Made by a program: the position numbers and the translations under genes. Of a stretch of DNA of 63,067 bases, positions 26,597-36,894 are shown one piece after another. This DNA is from a virus (taxonomy: Duplodnaviria > Caudoviricetes). Position 1 is the stretch's first letter. The number at the start of each line of letters is the position of its first letter. The stretch lies in the IMG/VR virus record IMGVR_UViG_3300033808_000012, positions 1-63,067 of that record; one strand, given 5' to 3'. Below the pieces are notes generated by a model. It was not told the origin of the DNA and did not search any database. It saw nothing but the letters and a program-made list of their open reading frames with translations.

Positions 26597-27097
26597 ATGG
26601 CTGAGAAAGAAAGCGCTGCTGACAAGCGGTATGGCAAGAAGCGCGGCGAGGATGCCGAGGAAAAGCGCGAAACACCTGCGAAGGAAGCCAAAGAACGCGA
26701 TGGTCGCCCAGCGCGTGGTAGCAACAAGGCTGGGGACGGCGAGGACGATATGGCGACGCGCCACGCTGCCGAACGAGCGGAGATGCATGACCTGCACGAG
26801 CGCGAGCGTCGCGATCAGCATGGACATCATCGCGAGGAGCATAGGCAGCTCCACGAGCGTCATGAGCGCGAACATGAGGGGATTGATCACGAAGATCACG
26901 ATGCGCTCGCCAATCTTCATCGCAAGCACGAGATGGAACGGCATCAGATGCATGCGCGACATCATCATGCCCACGCTGAAATGCACCATCGGCACATGAG
27001 CGCGCGGCACGAGATGCATCAGCGGCACGAGACTGAAGTAGCCGAAGCCGAGCCAGAGGAAGGCGCTGGCGGCCCTCCAGCGCAGCAGGCGGCCTAG
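26597..27097 (+). CDS. histidine-rich helical protein with N-terminal SAADKRYG
   Basis: About 26 His in about 95 residues. Confidence 0.8.
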   Translation: MAEKESAADKRYGKKRGEDAEEKRETPAKEAKERDGRPARGSNKAGDGEDDMATRHAAERAEMHDLHERERRDQHGHHREEHRQLHERHEREHEGIDHEDHDALANLHRKHEMERHQMHARHHHAHAEMHHRHMSARHEMHQRHETEVAEAEPEEGAGGPPAQQAA

Positions 27098-27098
27098 A

Positions 27099-27611
27099 AT
27101 GGCTGGTTTCCGCAGCTTTGCCTCAATGGCGCTGAGTGACGATGAGCAATATGATTGGCTCAGAGCGCGCCAACTTGGTGGCGATCAGGCGCCGCCTGAA
27201 TATCCTTCGGGCATGTCGTTCATGGTGCGCGAGGATTTATTCGAGCAACTGGATGTGGATGATCCGCGCCCTGGCGATACGATCAGTTTCGCCGCAATGG
27301 CACAATGCACGTCGGTCAATCGGACGATGGACGGTTGCCGGATGGAGTGCGAGATCATCATATTAAAGCTCGGCGATAGCGATTTCGTCGAACTGCCGGA
27401 AATGTGCCGTCCATGTATCTGTCTCGATGAGAACGACCACGAGCGGCTGGATTTGGACGAAGATAGCGCCGAGCGCGGACATCTCATCCACATGATCGGT
27501 AGCGTTCGCGTCGAGAGCACGAATGATACAGCTTTCGGTGGCTGCGTGATGCTTCAAGTGATAGAAGCCGCCTGCGAAGATGAGTCCCAGGAGACTGAGG
27601 AGGATATGTGA
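27099..27611 (+). CDS. acidic protein with two tandem epsilon15-gp10-like units
   Basis: EYP.G...E.L....P.GD.I.F.AM..TSV and CICLD...ERL.....RG.LIH.....VES...LQV. Confidence 0.6.
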   Translation: MAGFRSFASMALSDDEQYDWLRARQLGGDQAPPEYPSGMSFMVREDLFEQLDVDDPRPGDTISFAAMAQCTSVNRTMDGCRMECEIIILKLGDSDFVELPEMCRPCICLDENDHERLDLDEDSAERGHLIHMIGSVRVESTNDTAFGGCVMLQVIEAACEDESQETEEDM

Positions 27612-27799
27612 TGGCGAAATCTCGCAAGTCTCTCACGCCGATGACCGTTGAGGAATTGCCGGTTGATCCGAGTATTGAATTGATGCCGCCGACGATTACA
27701 ATGGGGCATGAATCGGCTGACCGGCGCACGCACATCGAGCGTATCAATCCTGGCGATAACCCTGCCTATGTGTGGGGTCAGGGCGTCACGCATCCGTGA
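27608..27799 (+). CDS. hypothetical protein
   Basis: Coupled ORF. Confidence 0.5.
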   Translation: MMAKSRKSLTPMTVEELPVDPSIELMPPTITMGHESADRRTHIERINPGDNPAYVWGQGVTHP

Positions 27800-27829
27800 G
27801 ATCACAAATAACCTAACGGAGTTTTGTTC

Positions 27830-28087
27830 ATGAGGCGTAGGTTTGTCTGGAGCGCCATTTTGGCGCTTTCTTTTTTTCTAGGCCATGCTGAGGCGCAGAC
27901 AGTGCAATCGCCTGTTCAGCAGGAATTGGACATGGCGCAGCAGCAACTCACACAGCTTCATACTGTCTATGACAAGCTGGAACGAGCGGCAGCGCTGAAC
28001 AATCAGAACATGCAGATTCAAGTGAAGCATTGGCAGGACTATTACAACTCCTGCAAGCCCGCTGATAAGTGGCTCTGCGACCAATAA
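27830..28087 (+). CDS. secreted coiled-coil protein
   Basis: Signal peptide MRRRFVWSAILALSFFLGHAEA|Q; C-terminal Cys pair. Confidence 0.65.
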   Translation: MRRRFVWSAILALSFFLGHAEAQTVQSPVQQELDMAQQQLTQLHTVYDKLERAAALNNQNMQIQVKHWQDYYNSCKPADKWLCDQ

Positions 28088-28111
28088 ACTTTTCGCAAGA
28101 GGACTGAGCCG

Positions 28112-30058
28112 ATGATGGCGCGAATTCTCGCGGCGCTATTGCTTTGCCTGAACGCGACAGGCGCATGGGCACAGGGTGCGCTCTTGCAATCGGGCGTGCC
28201 GGTTAATGGCGATGCGCCGATGTATGTCGGCCTTGGCGTTCAGGCAGTCATCGGGGATAGCGGTCCGGCATCAGGCGGAACAATTCCTGGTTATGGCTTG
28301 GCGCAACAGCTCCTCGTGCAGCGAGGCACAGGAACGCCGCCCTATGTCAATGCAGGTACAGGGCCGGATGGCACGAATTGGTGCGATTATGATGCGTCGC
28401 CAGCAGGCGGGACTGGCTACCATTATCTTTGTATTGGCCCGAACAATCTCGGCGGCGCGTTAATCGAGACGGGCGCAGGCGGTGGCGCGGCAACGCAGCC
28501 GCTCTCATTCAAGATCAACGGAACGCTCTACAATTTCCCAGCGGCGCTTTCTGGCGTTGCTGGTCCCGCTTCCAGCACAGTCAATGATATTGCCTGCTGG
28601 AATAACACGACCGGCTCATTGTTAAAGGATTGCGGCACGGCCAGCGGCACCGTGACCTCAGTTGGCCTTACGATGCCGAATATCTTTTCCGTATCGGGCA
28701 GCCCAGTCACGACTAGCGGGACGCTCGCGGCAGCGTTAGCGAATGAGAACGCAAATACGGTGTTTGCTGGTCCCAACGGCAGCGTCGGCGTTCCGATCTT
28801 TCGCAGTATTGTCGCCGCCGATCTCGGAACGCAATCGGCCAATACATTCCTCGCCGGACCGACCTCAGGTGCAGCAGTCAATCCAACTTGGCGGACGATC
28901 ACGGGACTTGATCTGCCAACGCCAGGAGCTACATCGCTCGGCGGTACGGAGAGCATTACCTGTCCAACTAATCAGGTAATGAACCTGATTTCAACTGCCG
29001 GTGCTCCCGGCTGCATCCAACTTGGATACAACAATCTTTCTGGCTCCTTGCCGCCGACACAGATCGCGGGCGCGGCTTCGGGCTTCGTCAACAAGTTGCG
29101 TGGCACAACACTTTCACAATGGTATGGCGGAACGACGATTACGGTAAGCACGGGATTGACCTGGACGGCAGAAGGCGTTGGCTGTCTTGAAACGGGCGCG
29201 ACTATTACGGCAACGCAGGTTTCCAATCCGTTGACGACGCCATTGAGCTATTACGGGTTAAAGCTGACTGGACAGACCGGCAATACCGATCTGCAATGCC
29301 GTTTCGTCATCGAGAGCTATGATGCAGCGGTCTTGGGCAGCCAGACCGTCACATTCCAAATCCCGATCCAGAACAATACTGGCGCGACCCTTACGCCTAC
29401 CATCACCTCGAAACAGGCATCGGCGGGACAGGATAATTGGACATCCTCTGCAACCGATCTTTCAACGACGAATTTGCAGAACTGCGGTAGCGGCTCTAGT
29501 TGCGTAGAAGCCTATACCTTCGTCGTGACGCCAAGTGCGGGACAAGGCTATGAGGTCGTGATCGACTTCGGCGCAGTCGGCAACGGGCATAATATCGTCA
29601 TTGGTGGTGGCTTTGATTTGCGGCCTACACCTGGCGCGACCGTTGGGCTTAACTCATCGCCGCCTGCGCCAGAAATCTATACGGTTGATCGTGATCGGGC
29701 TTGGTGCTCCCGATTCTATCAAACAAGCTACGCAAACGGCGTTGCGCCAGCGACTTCGACCCGGCTTGGTCTTGTTGGTGGATCATTGACGAGTTCAACG
29801 GTTGATGCTCCAGCTGCGGTCGAGTTTTCGACGACAATGCGGGCAACACCGACGATGGCCTATTATGATGGGGCTGGGACGCAGAACGACTATACTGGCG
29901 TTCCAAATAATGGAGGAAGCACCTTCACTGATGGTCTTGCGCAGGGACTCGCACCATTCAACGCCAGTTCGCGTGGTTTTATCGTCGGCTATACTTCAAA
30001 TACTGGGTACGTCGCCTATACTCACTATACTGCCGATGCGCGACTCAGTGGGGGATAA
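28112..30058 (+). CDS. tail-fibre-like protein with Sec signal peptide
   Basis: MARILAALLLCLNATGAWA|Q; fibre-type GTVTSVGL/ANTVFAGP..FR repeats; C-terminal CSRFYQ..MRATPT..YTADARL. Confidence 0.8.
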   Translation: MMARILAALLLCLNATGAWAQGALLQSGVPVNGDAPMYVGLGVQAVIGDSGPASGGTIPGYGLAQQLLVQRGTGTPPYVNAGTGPDGTNWCDYDASPAGGTGYHYLCIGPNNLGGALIETGAGGGAATQPLSFKINGTLYNFPAALSGVAGPASSTVNDIACWNNTTGSLLKDCGTASGTVTSVGLTMPNIFSVSGSPVTTSGTLAAALANENANTVFAGPNGSVGVPIFRSIVAADLGTQSANTFLAGPTSGAAVNPTWRTITGLDLPTPGATSLGGTESITCPTNQVMNLISTAGAPGCIQLGYNNLSGSLPPTQIAGAASGFVNKLRGTTLSQWYGGTTITVSTGLTWTAEGVGCLETGATITATQVSNPLTTPLSYYGLKLTGQTGNTDLQCRFVIESYDAAVLGSQTVTFQIPIQNNTGATLTPTITSKQASAGQDNWTSSATDLSTTNLQNCGSGSSCVEAYTFVVTPSAGQGYEVVIDFGAVGNGHNIVIGGGFDLRPTPGATVGLNSSPPAPEIYTVDRDRAWCSRFYQTSYANGVAPATSTRLGLVGGSLTSSTVDAPAAVEFSTTMRATPTMAYYDGAGTQNDYTGVPNNGGSTFTDGLAQGLAPFNASSRGFIVGYTSNTGYVAYTHYTADARLSGG

Positions 30059-30065
30059 AAACAAG

Positions 30066-31307
30066 ATGGGTGTTTACGATAATTGGGAACGGGTGCCTTA
30101 CGGCTGGATCGATACGGTCGTGCCCAATGCAGCTCCAAATGCCTCCGTCGCCTACTACCGCAACAACCGCGATTTTTGGTTGCCCGATTGGGCGCTAAAG
30201 CAAGCGGGAGCGCCGATCCCTATCGTTCAAGCCAACATGCAGATCAGAGGCTATACGGGACCGCTAGGCGGATTAGGTGGTTTCGCGCTCGATAAAGGAA
30301 TGCGGTTCATCAAGCAGACGAGTTTTCCTCTTACTCAAGCTGGCGATTTCGACACTGGAGAAGACTATCTAATCGATGTCGATATCTCTGAGAACGCGAC
30401 GGGAACCGAGACCTTCGAGGAAAAGTGGGCAATTGGCGAAACGCCGCTTTATATCCCTGGCGAGGACGCTTTCTATTTCTCACTGGCTTTTGCGGGAGCA
30501 AACCCGCCAGTTCAAGTCGATACGCAGATCACCTTCCTTGTGCCACCTGGAATGTCTGAGGGCTTTCCGCTATCAATGGCTCCCCCGTCGCCGAATGGCA
30601 ACGATGCCAACACGGTGTTGATGCTACATGCCACGACACCAAGCGGTTCGGTTGCATTCCAGGATTCATCACAACGTAATTATACGATGTGCTGGGCGGG
30701 CGGAGTGCGGATTGCTGCTGGGGGAAAGATCAGCTTCGATGGCACATCGGGGATGCTCTGTCCAGACATGGCACCTCCAGGCTATGTATTCCAAACACCA
30801 GCGAACGTTCTCGATTGGAACTTCCAGAGCGGCGATTTTACAATCGATGCGTGGGCAGCCGCAGTCAATCCAAATGCTCAGGGAACATTGGTTGGTTCAG
30901 GATCAGGTCGGTCGCCATTTCAGATTTTTCAAACTGGAGGCAATCTCCAGCTTTGGGCAGCGAGCCAAAACGGCACGACTTGGGATGTCGCCAGCGGCGT
31001 ATCGCTTGGGGCGGTGCCGACTGGTCCTTTTCATTGGGCAATCGTTCGCTCTGGGTCGAGCCTATTAGGCTTTATCAACGGTGCCCTGAAAGCGACCTGT
31101 GCGATTCCTACGGGCGGATTGTGTAACGCGATCAGTGCGGCAAATGGCGCAGGTCGCCCGACTTTCGGGGCGCAATGCGTGCTTGATCAATATGGAAATC
31201 TGACCGGAACGCCGTTCTATTGGGGCGGTACGATGTGGGAAATCCGCTGCTCGAATATCGCTCGCTGGACGGCTAATTTCACGCCGCTTGCAGCTTATAC
31301 GCCCTGA
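30066..31307 (+). CDS. virion protein with C-terminal LamG/concanavalin-like domain
   Basis: GDFTIDAW, HWAIVRSG, GFING, EIRCS..ARWTANFTP. Confidence 0.75.
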   Translation: MGVYDNWERVPYGWIDTVVPNAAPNASVAYYRNNRDFWLPDWALKQAGAPIPIVQANMQIRGYTGPLGGLGGFALDKGMRFIKQTSFPLTQAGDFDTGEDYLIDVDISENATGTETFEEKWAIGETPLYIPGEDAFYFSLAFAGANPPVQVDTQITFLVPPGMSEGFPLSMAPPSPNGNDANTVLMLHATTPSGSVAFQDSSQRNYTMCWAGGVRIAAGGKISFDGTSGMLCPDMAPPGYVFQTPANVLDWNFQSGDFTIDAWAAAVNPNAQGTLVGSGSGRSPFQIFQTGGNLQLWAASQNGTTWDVASGVSLGAVPTGPFHWAIVRSGSSLLGFINGALKATCAIPTGGLCNAISAANGAGRPTFGAQCVLDQYGNLTGTPFYWGGTMWEIRCSNIARWTANFTPLAAYTP

Positions 31308-31879
31308 TGTCCGCGCCTCTGCAATCGCCGAGTCAAGTTGCGAATGCCGCCGTTCAACTTATCGGTGGCTACAACGACAACGTACCGATTACGGGCACGC
31401 CGCCTAATTTTGACAATACGAAACTCGGCATCGCGGCAGGTGCGGTCTATAACGAGGTTGTCTACACAATTGGCCGAATGTTCGGCTATGACTTCGCCCG
31501 AAATATTGTCACCCTCGTCAGCACGGGCAATACGCCGCGCCAAGGCTTTTCGCAAGAGTACACCTATCCAGCGACATGTTTGCAGCTTCACCAAATCTTG
31601 CCGCCCTCAACGCAGGATAAAAATAATCCGACTCCGATCAACTGGCTCGTTGGCAATGCTGGAAGCAACAAGGTCATCTGGACGAACATTGCTAGCGCGC
31701 AGGCTGAAATTAGTAATACCCCACCAGAGCCAATGTGGGATGCCGCCTACCAGGAGGCCGTCGTGCGTGAACTAGCGGCGAAGCTTGCGCTTGCTGGTGT
31801 TGGCAAACCGGACTTCTATAAAGAATTTATGGAAGAGGGCACCCGTATAGAAATAGCAGCGCAGCAACGTGACAGCTAG
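31307..31879 (+). CDS. tail tubular protein A/adaptor-like paralog 1
   Basis: VANAAV.LIG, YDFAR, YTYPATCL, D..Y.EAV...LA.KLA. Confidence 0.75.
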   Translation: MSAPLQSPSQVANAAVQLIGGYNDNVPITGTPPNFDNTKLGIAAGAVYNEVVYTIGRMFGYDFARNIVTLVSTGNTPRQGFSQEYTYPATCLQLHQILPPSTQDKNNPTPINWLVGNAGSNKVIWTNIASAQAEISNTPPEPMWDAAYQEAVVRELAAKLALAGVGKPDFYKEFMEEGTRIEIAAQQRDS

Positions 31880-32516
31880 CCTTCAATCGCCTGCCGATAT
31901 CGTCAATGCTGCGCTCGCGGGGCTGAAATATCCGCTGCGTGTCGGCGACCTTTATGACGGGACGCCAGCGGCTAAGAAGGCGCTCGACATCTATGCGCAG
32001 GCGCGTGATGCGTTGCTGCGTTATAGCGATTGGGGTTTCCCGCGTGGCGATCTGACGTTGACATTACTCAAATCAGCGCCGCTGACAGGCTACAATCCGC
32101 CCGTTGGTTGGAATCCTGTCGCGAATCCGCCGCTGCCCTATCTCTATGAATACGCCTATCCCGCCGACTGTTTGATGCTGCGTTCAATCAGACCGACGCC
32201 GATTTTCCTGCCTGAATTCGTGCCGCGCCCCTATGTCTTCGAGATCGCAAACGATAATGTGCCAATCTCAGGACAGTCCGCCGCGCCTGGCCGGGTGATC
32301 CTCTGCTATTGCGCCAACGCCATCGGAACCTATTGCCGTCAAGTCACCGACATGACGCAATGGGATGTCGGCTTCGTTGATGCACTCATTCGCGATCTTC
32401 AGGCGCGACTTGGCCCGGCATTGGATGAGATTACGCCGCCAGAAGTTGAACAAGAGAAGATCGAGTTGACCGTGGCGCAAGGTGCGGCGCAACGGGCGGT
32501 GGGGCGGCAAGGCTAA
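31869..32516 (+). CDS. tail tubular protein A/adaptor-like paralog 2
   Basis: DIVNAAL, Y..ARDALLR..W.F, YEYAYPADCL, WD.GF.DAL. Confidence 0.8.
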   Translation: MTASLQSPADIVNAALAGLKYPLRVGDLYDGTPAAKKALDIYAQARDALLRYSDWGFPRGDLTLTLLKSAPLTGYNPPVGWNPVANPPLPYLYEYAYPADCLMLRSIRPTPIFLPEFVPRPYVFEIANDNVPISGQSAAPGRVILCYCANAIGTYCRQVTDMTQWDVGFVDALIRDLQARLGPALDEITPPEVEQEKIELTVAQGAAQRAVGRQG

Positions 32517-33439
32517 TGGCTGGCTTGAGCGAGGATTTGGTGAATCGCTCGCTGGACGCTTGCGGCCTTTCCGATATGCAAATTGGCTCGCTACATGAAG
32601 GTACGCGAGCGGCGCAAGTGGCACTTCGGCATTATGTTCCTTGCCTCGTGCAGTTGCTTAGAGCGGCCCTTTGGAATTTTGCCAGGGTGCAGAATCCGAT
32701 GACTTTGCTGGGCGCATCGCCCGGTTATTCAATCCAGCCGCAGAATCAACAAGTGGGCACGCTCGTCATTCCACCTTGGACCTACGAATATGCGTGGCCG
32801 GATGATTGTGTCGCTGCGCGTTTCGTGCCTTGGAACAACCAAGCGAATGCGACGCAGGGTATCCCAGGAAACATTAGCATTGCACCGCAGCCGCAGACGA
32901 CATTCTCGTTGCCGTTTCAGACACCGCCGATTTTGATGCCAGCACGGATGCTAATCTCAACCGATCCTAATTATCCCTATCCATCAGGTCCAAGTGGTCC
33001 AGTGCCTGAATGGTGGAATATTGCTGGCGTCTCGCCGACGATGCGGAAGGTCATCCTTTGCGATGTGCCCTGCGCCGAACTGGTCTACACGGCTTTCATC
33101 GAATATCCGAGCATGTGGGATGCCCTTTTCGAGGAAGCGTTTGTTGCCCTATTGGCTACGCATCTTTCGTTGCCGCTTAATCCAGATAAGAAAGAAGGCC
33201 GTGCGATCAGAGGCGAACAGATCGCCATCGCCAAGGCGGCGATAGGCGAGGCGCGCGTGCGGGATGGCGATGAGGGCTGGCCTACGGCAGAGCACATACC
33301 GGACTGGATTCGCGGACGTAATATCGGCGCGGGCGCAGATGGCTGGGGCGGTATGGGAGGCTGGGGCTTCGGCACTGGTCCTGGCGTTTGGGGCTACGGT
33401 TGGGGCAGCGTTCTCTTTGGAGATGGTTCGGCGTATTAG
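32516..33439 (+). CDS. tail tubular protein A/adaptor-like paralog 3
   Basis: DLVNRSL, LLR..WNFAR, YEYAWPDDC, WDALFEEAF..LLA, PDWIRGR. Confidence 0.8.
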   Translation: MAGLSEDLVNRSLDACGLSDMQIGSLHEGTRAAQVALRHYVPCLVQLLRAALWNFARVQNPMTLLGASPGYSIQPQNQQVGTLVIPPWTYEYAWPDDCVAARFVPWNNQANATQGIPGNISIAPQPQTTFSLPFQTPPILMPARMLISTDPNYPYPSGPSGPVPEWWNIAGVSPTMRKVILCDVPCAELVYTAFIEYPSMWDALFEEAFVALLATHLSLPLNPDKKEGRAIRGEQIAIAKAAIGEARVRDGDEGWPTAEHIPDWIRGRNIGAGADGWGGMGGWGFGTGPGVWGYGWGSVLFGDGSAY

Positions 33440-33442
33440 CTC

Positions 33443-36436
33443 GTGGCCGTTCCGTTTATCCAACCTTCGTTCGGCAGTGGAGAGTTAGCGCCGTCACTCT
33501 ATGGTCGCGTCGATCTGGCGCGTGAGCACATTGGCCTTGCGACCTGCCGCAATGCCTTTATCTCCTATCGGGGTGGCGCGTATTCGCGAGCGGGAACTGA
33601 ATTTATTCTGTTTTCAAAGCAGACGGGTCGCGCCTATCCGCCGCGCCTTATCCCTTTCCAGTTCAATATCAATCAGGGCTTGGCACTTGAGTTCGGCAAT
33701 CTTTATATGCGCGTCATCCAGGACGGCGGGTATGTCTTAGAGACAGGCTATGCCATCAGCGCAGCAACGCGCGCCGATCCTTGTGCTTTAACGGCGGCGG
33801 GAAACAACTTTTCGGCGGGCGATTGGGTACAAGTAACTGGCGTCTCGGGAATGACGCAACTCAACGAACAGACTTATGTGGTCGGAACTACGAGCGGAGG
33901 CGGTGTCTTTACGCTTGAGGATGTTTTCGGCAATCCGATCAATTCCGTAACATTCACGCCGTATTCAGGCGGCGGTACAGTCGCTCGTATTTACACACTA
34001 ACGACGCCCTATGCTGAGGCTGATATTTACGCGATCAAATGGACGCAATCAGAAGACATCATGTCAATCTGTTGCTGGAATCAGATTTCCGGCACGATCT
34101 ATGAATTCCAAGAGCTGATTCGGCATAGCAACACCAACTGGACAATTGCGCCGCCGCAAATCGCCGAAACGATTGGACCGCCAACAGGCGTGACAGTTAA
34201 CGTCTCAGGTGGCACAGGATCATCGACGCAATATTCTTATGTCGTTACAGCGGTCAATGCTGCTGACGGCTCAGAAAGCGTGGCTTCAGTAGCAGGAACG
34301 GCGACGGGCGGCGATATCGCGACGGCACAGGGCAATGTTGGAATAAGCTGGACCGCACCTGCGAGTGGAACTGTCAATTACTATAACGTCTACAAGGCAT
34401 CGCCGGCAGATGGGACTGGCCCTACTGGACCGTGGGGGTTCATCACAAATACGACTGCGACTTCGTATAATGATACGAATGACGTGCCGGATTTCCAACA
34501 GGTGCCACCGTCGAATACCAATCCCTTTAGTGCGGGTGGCAATACTTATCCAAGCGTCGTTTCCTATTATCAGCAGCGCCGTGTCTATGCGGGTAGCCCA
34601 AATCAGCCGGAGACCTATTGGTTTTCGCAGCCAGGCTCATTCACCAATTTTGACGTGCGAATCCCGACCATTCCATCTGATGCGATAACTGGCACGCCAT
34701 GGGCCGTCCAAGTCGATGGTATCCAATGGATGATACCAATGCCGGGCGGTTTGGTCGTACTGACTGGTTCTTCCGCATGGCAGCTTACAGGTGCGGGCGG
34801 TTCGGCGCTCAATCCGCAGCCAATTACGCCTGCCTCACAACAGGCTCAGCCACAAGCATTCAATGGCGCTCACTTTCATACGCCACCAATCAAGATCGAG
34901 TACGATATCCTTTACGTGCAATCTAAAGGTTCAATCGTCCGTGATCTGGCATATAACTATTGGATCAATATTTATACCGGGCAGGACATCACTCAACTTT
35001 CATCGCATCTCTTCATTGGATATTCGATTGAAGAATGGGCATGGTCAGAAGAACCCTATAAGGTTATTTGGGCGGTACGAACCGATGGCATCCTCTTGTC
35101 GCTCACTTATCTCAAGGTGCAAGAAGTCCAAGCATGGGCGCGGCATGATACGCAAGGGTTTTTCAGGACTGTATGTAGCGTAACGGAACCGCCAGTCGAT
35201 GCAATCTATCTCGGCGTTGAACGCTTCATTGGGCCTGACAATTCATCGGCTTATACGATTGAGCGGATGGATAATCGAATTTGGACGCAGGCTACGGATT
35301 GCTGGTGTGTTGATTGTGCACTGCAATTGCCGCAGAGCACGCCGAATGCGACGCTCTATGCCACGTTTCCGCTTGGTCAGCCGAGTTCAGTTTCAGGATT
35401 GGTGAGTGGGCAAGGATATTCTCCGAGCACAACCGCTACGATTATTGATCCGACAGGAACGGGTTGCATCGTTACGCTGACAATCGATCCTATAGCGGGT
35501 GGTATAACCGCCGTTAGTTTCAGTGGAGGCACAGGTTACACCGCGCCGACTTTGGATATTATTGATCCAAGCGCAATGGGACGAGGATTCTCAGCGCAGA
35601 TTGTTCTCAACAATTCAGCGACATGGACAACAGATAATCCGGTCTTTTCTATTTCAAATGTTGGAGATGTGATCCGTGCGGGCGGCGGCGTTGCTACGAT
35701 TATACAATATCAATCGCCAACTTCAGTCGATGTGAATATCACACAGCCGGTTCAGCAAGTTATTCCTGGTACGATGACACCGCCGCCATTTTTGTCGGCA
35801 ACAGCTATCACCAATGGGCCGCAACAGGTCTCGCCTTATGGTCCGTGGACGATGACGGCGCCAGTTACGACGGTCGGCGGGTTGACGCATCTTGTCGGGC
35901 AGACTGTAACCGGATTGGCGGATGGCGAGATCATTCCGCCGACCGTCGTATCGCCGCAGGGCACCATTACGCTTGCCGCACCGGCTACGGCGATTGTCGT
36001 GGGACTTGGATTTCAAGTTCAAATCCAGAGCCTCTATTTCAATTCGCCAGCATCGCCCACCGATCAGGGACAGCGCAAGGTCATCTCTGCTGTAACGGCA
36101 CGTATAGAGGCATCGCGTGATATCAAGATCGGCTCCAATCAAATTGACGGTCCAGCGCAGAATCCGCCGATCATTGCGCCCCTATGGCAAGGAATGCAGG
36201 TCGCGCCCAATCTCGGAACACCTGCCTATGGTAGCAATCTCGTTCCGCTCTATACGGGCGATGTGCGTATTCCGGTGATGGGCGGTGTGAGCAAACCAGG
36301 TCAAGTTGCCTTGCAACAGGACAATCCGGTTCCGCTCAATCTCTTGGCTTTTGTCTCAGAGTTGGTCCCCGGAGACACGCCATCATTTTCGATGCCCGAA
36401 GAAGAACGTAATGGACGGCAACGACGCGCGGCATGA
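33443..36436 (+). CDS. tail tubular protein B (nozzle)
   Basis: QPSFGSGELAPSL.GRVDL, LIPFQF, LEFG..YMR, YQQRR, AWARHDT. Confidence 0.9.
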   Translation: MAVPFIQPSFGSGELAPSLYGRVDLAREHIGLATCRNAFISYRGGAYSRAGTEFILFSKQTGRAYPPRLIPFQFNINQGLALEFGNLYMRVIQDGGYVLETGYAISAATRADPCALTAAGNNFSAGDWVQVTGVSGMTQLNEQTYVVGTTSGGGVFTLEDVFGNPINSVTFTPYSGGGTVARIYTLTTPYAEADIYAIKWTQSEDIMSICCWNQISGTIYEFQELIRHSNTNWTIAPPQIAETIGPPTGVTVNVSGGTGSSTQYSYVVTAVNAADGSESVASVAGTATGGDIATAQGNVGISWTAPASGTVNYYNVYKASPADGTGPTGPWGFITNTTATSYNDTNDVPDFQQVPPSNTNPFSAGGNTYPSVVSYYQQRRVYAGSPNQPETYWFSQPGSFTNFDVRIPTIPSDAITGTPWAVQVDGIQWMIPMPGGLVVLTGSSAWQLTGAGGSALNPQPITPASQQAQPQAFNGAHFHTPPIKIEYDILYVQSKGSIVRDLAYNYWINIYTGQDITQLSSHLFIGYSIEEWAWSEEPYKVIWAVRTDGILLSLTYLKVQEVQAWARHDTQGFFRTVCSVTEPPVDAIYLGVERFIGPDNSSAYTIERMDNRIWTQATDCWCVDCALQLPQSTPNATLYATFPLGQPSSVSGLVSGQGYSPSTTATIIDPTGTGCIVTLTIDPIAGGITAVSFSGGTGYTAPTLDIIDPSAMGRGFSAQIVLNNSATWTTDNPVFSISNVGDVIRAGGGVATIIQYQSPTSVDVNITQPVQQVIPGTMTPPPFLSATAITNGPQQVSPYGPWTMTAPVTTVGGLTHLVGQTVTGLADGEIIPPTVVSPQGTITLAAPATAIVVGLGFQVQIQSLYFNSPASPTDQGQRKVISAVTARIEASRDIKIGSNQIDGPAQNPPIIAPLWQGMQVAPNLGTPAYGSNLVPLYTGDVRIPVMGGVSKPGQVALQQDNPVPLNLLAFVSELVPGDTPSFSMPEEERNGRQRRAA

Positions 36437-36894
36437 AAATAGAATTAGTTCCAGCGGAATTGGGTCACGCTCTGATCGTGGCGCGTGGATTGCGCGCAGC
36501 AGCGAAATCGCACTTCACCACGCACGGCGATACGAAACGCGCGCTATGGGCAACCGTGCAGAAATCAAGTTATGCCGTCGCATTGCTGATTGATGGTCGG
36601 TGCGCTGGCATTGGCGGTGAGGTTGGCTCGCCACTTGATGAGATCGGTTTCGTTTGGGCAGCAGGAACGATCACAGGGTTGCGCCATCGCTTCCTCATCG
36701 CGCGGTTGGTTAAACGAGAAGTGCTGATGCTCTTGGAAAAGAGGGCTGGGCTTTGTTGCCGATTGCTCGCGTTAGATCGTGTTGGTATCCGTTTCGCCGA
36801 ATTTTTAGGCTTCACGTTTGGTCCTGAACACGAGGAGTTTGGCATTCTCGTGCGAGATGGAACGCTAAGCGGTTTGATGGATAAAGCCGCATGA
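36433..36894 (+). CDS. GNAT-like virion assembly protein (T7 gp13-like)
   Basis: Position after the nozzle gene; IRFAEFLGF motif. Confidence 0.65.
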   Translation: MKIELVPAELGHALIVARGLRAAAKSHFTTHGDTKRALWATVQKSSYAVALLIDGRCAGIGGEVGSPLDEIGFVWAAGTITGLRHRFLIARLVKREVLMLLEKRAGLCCRLLALDRVGIRFAEFLGFTFGPEHEEFGILVRDGTLSGLMDKAA

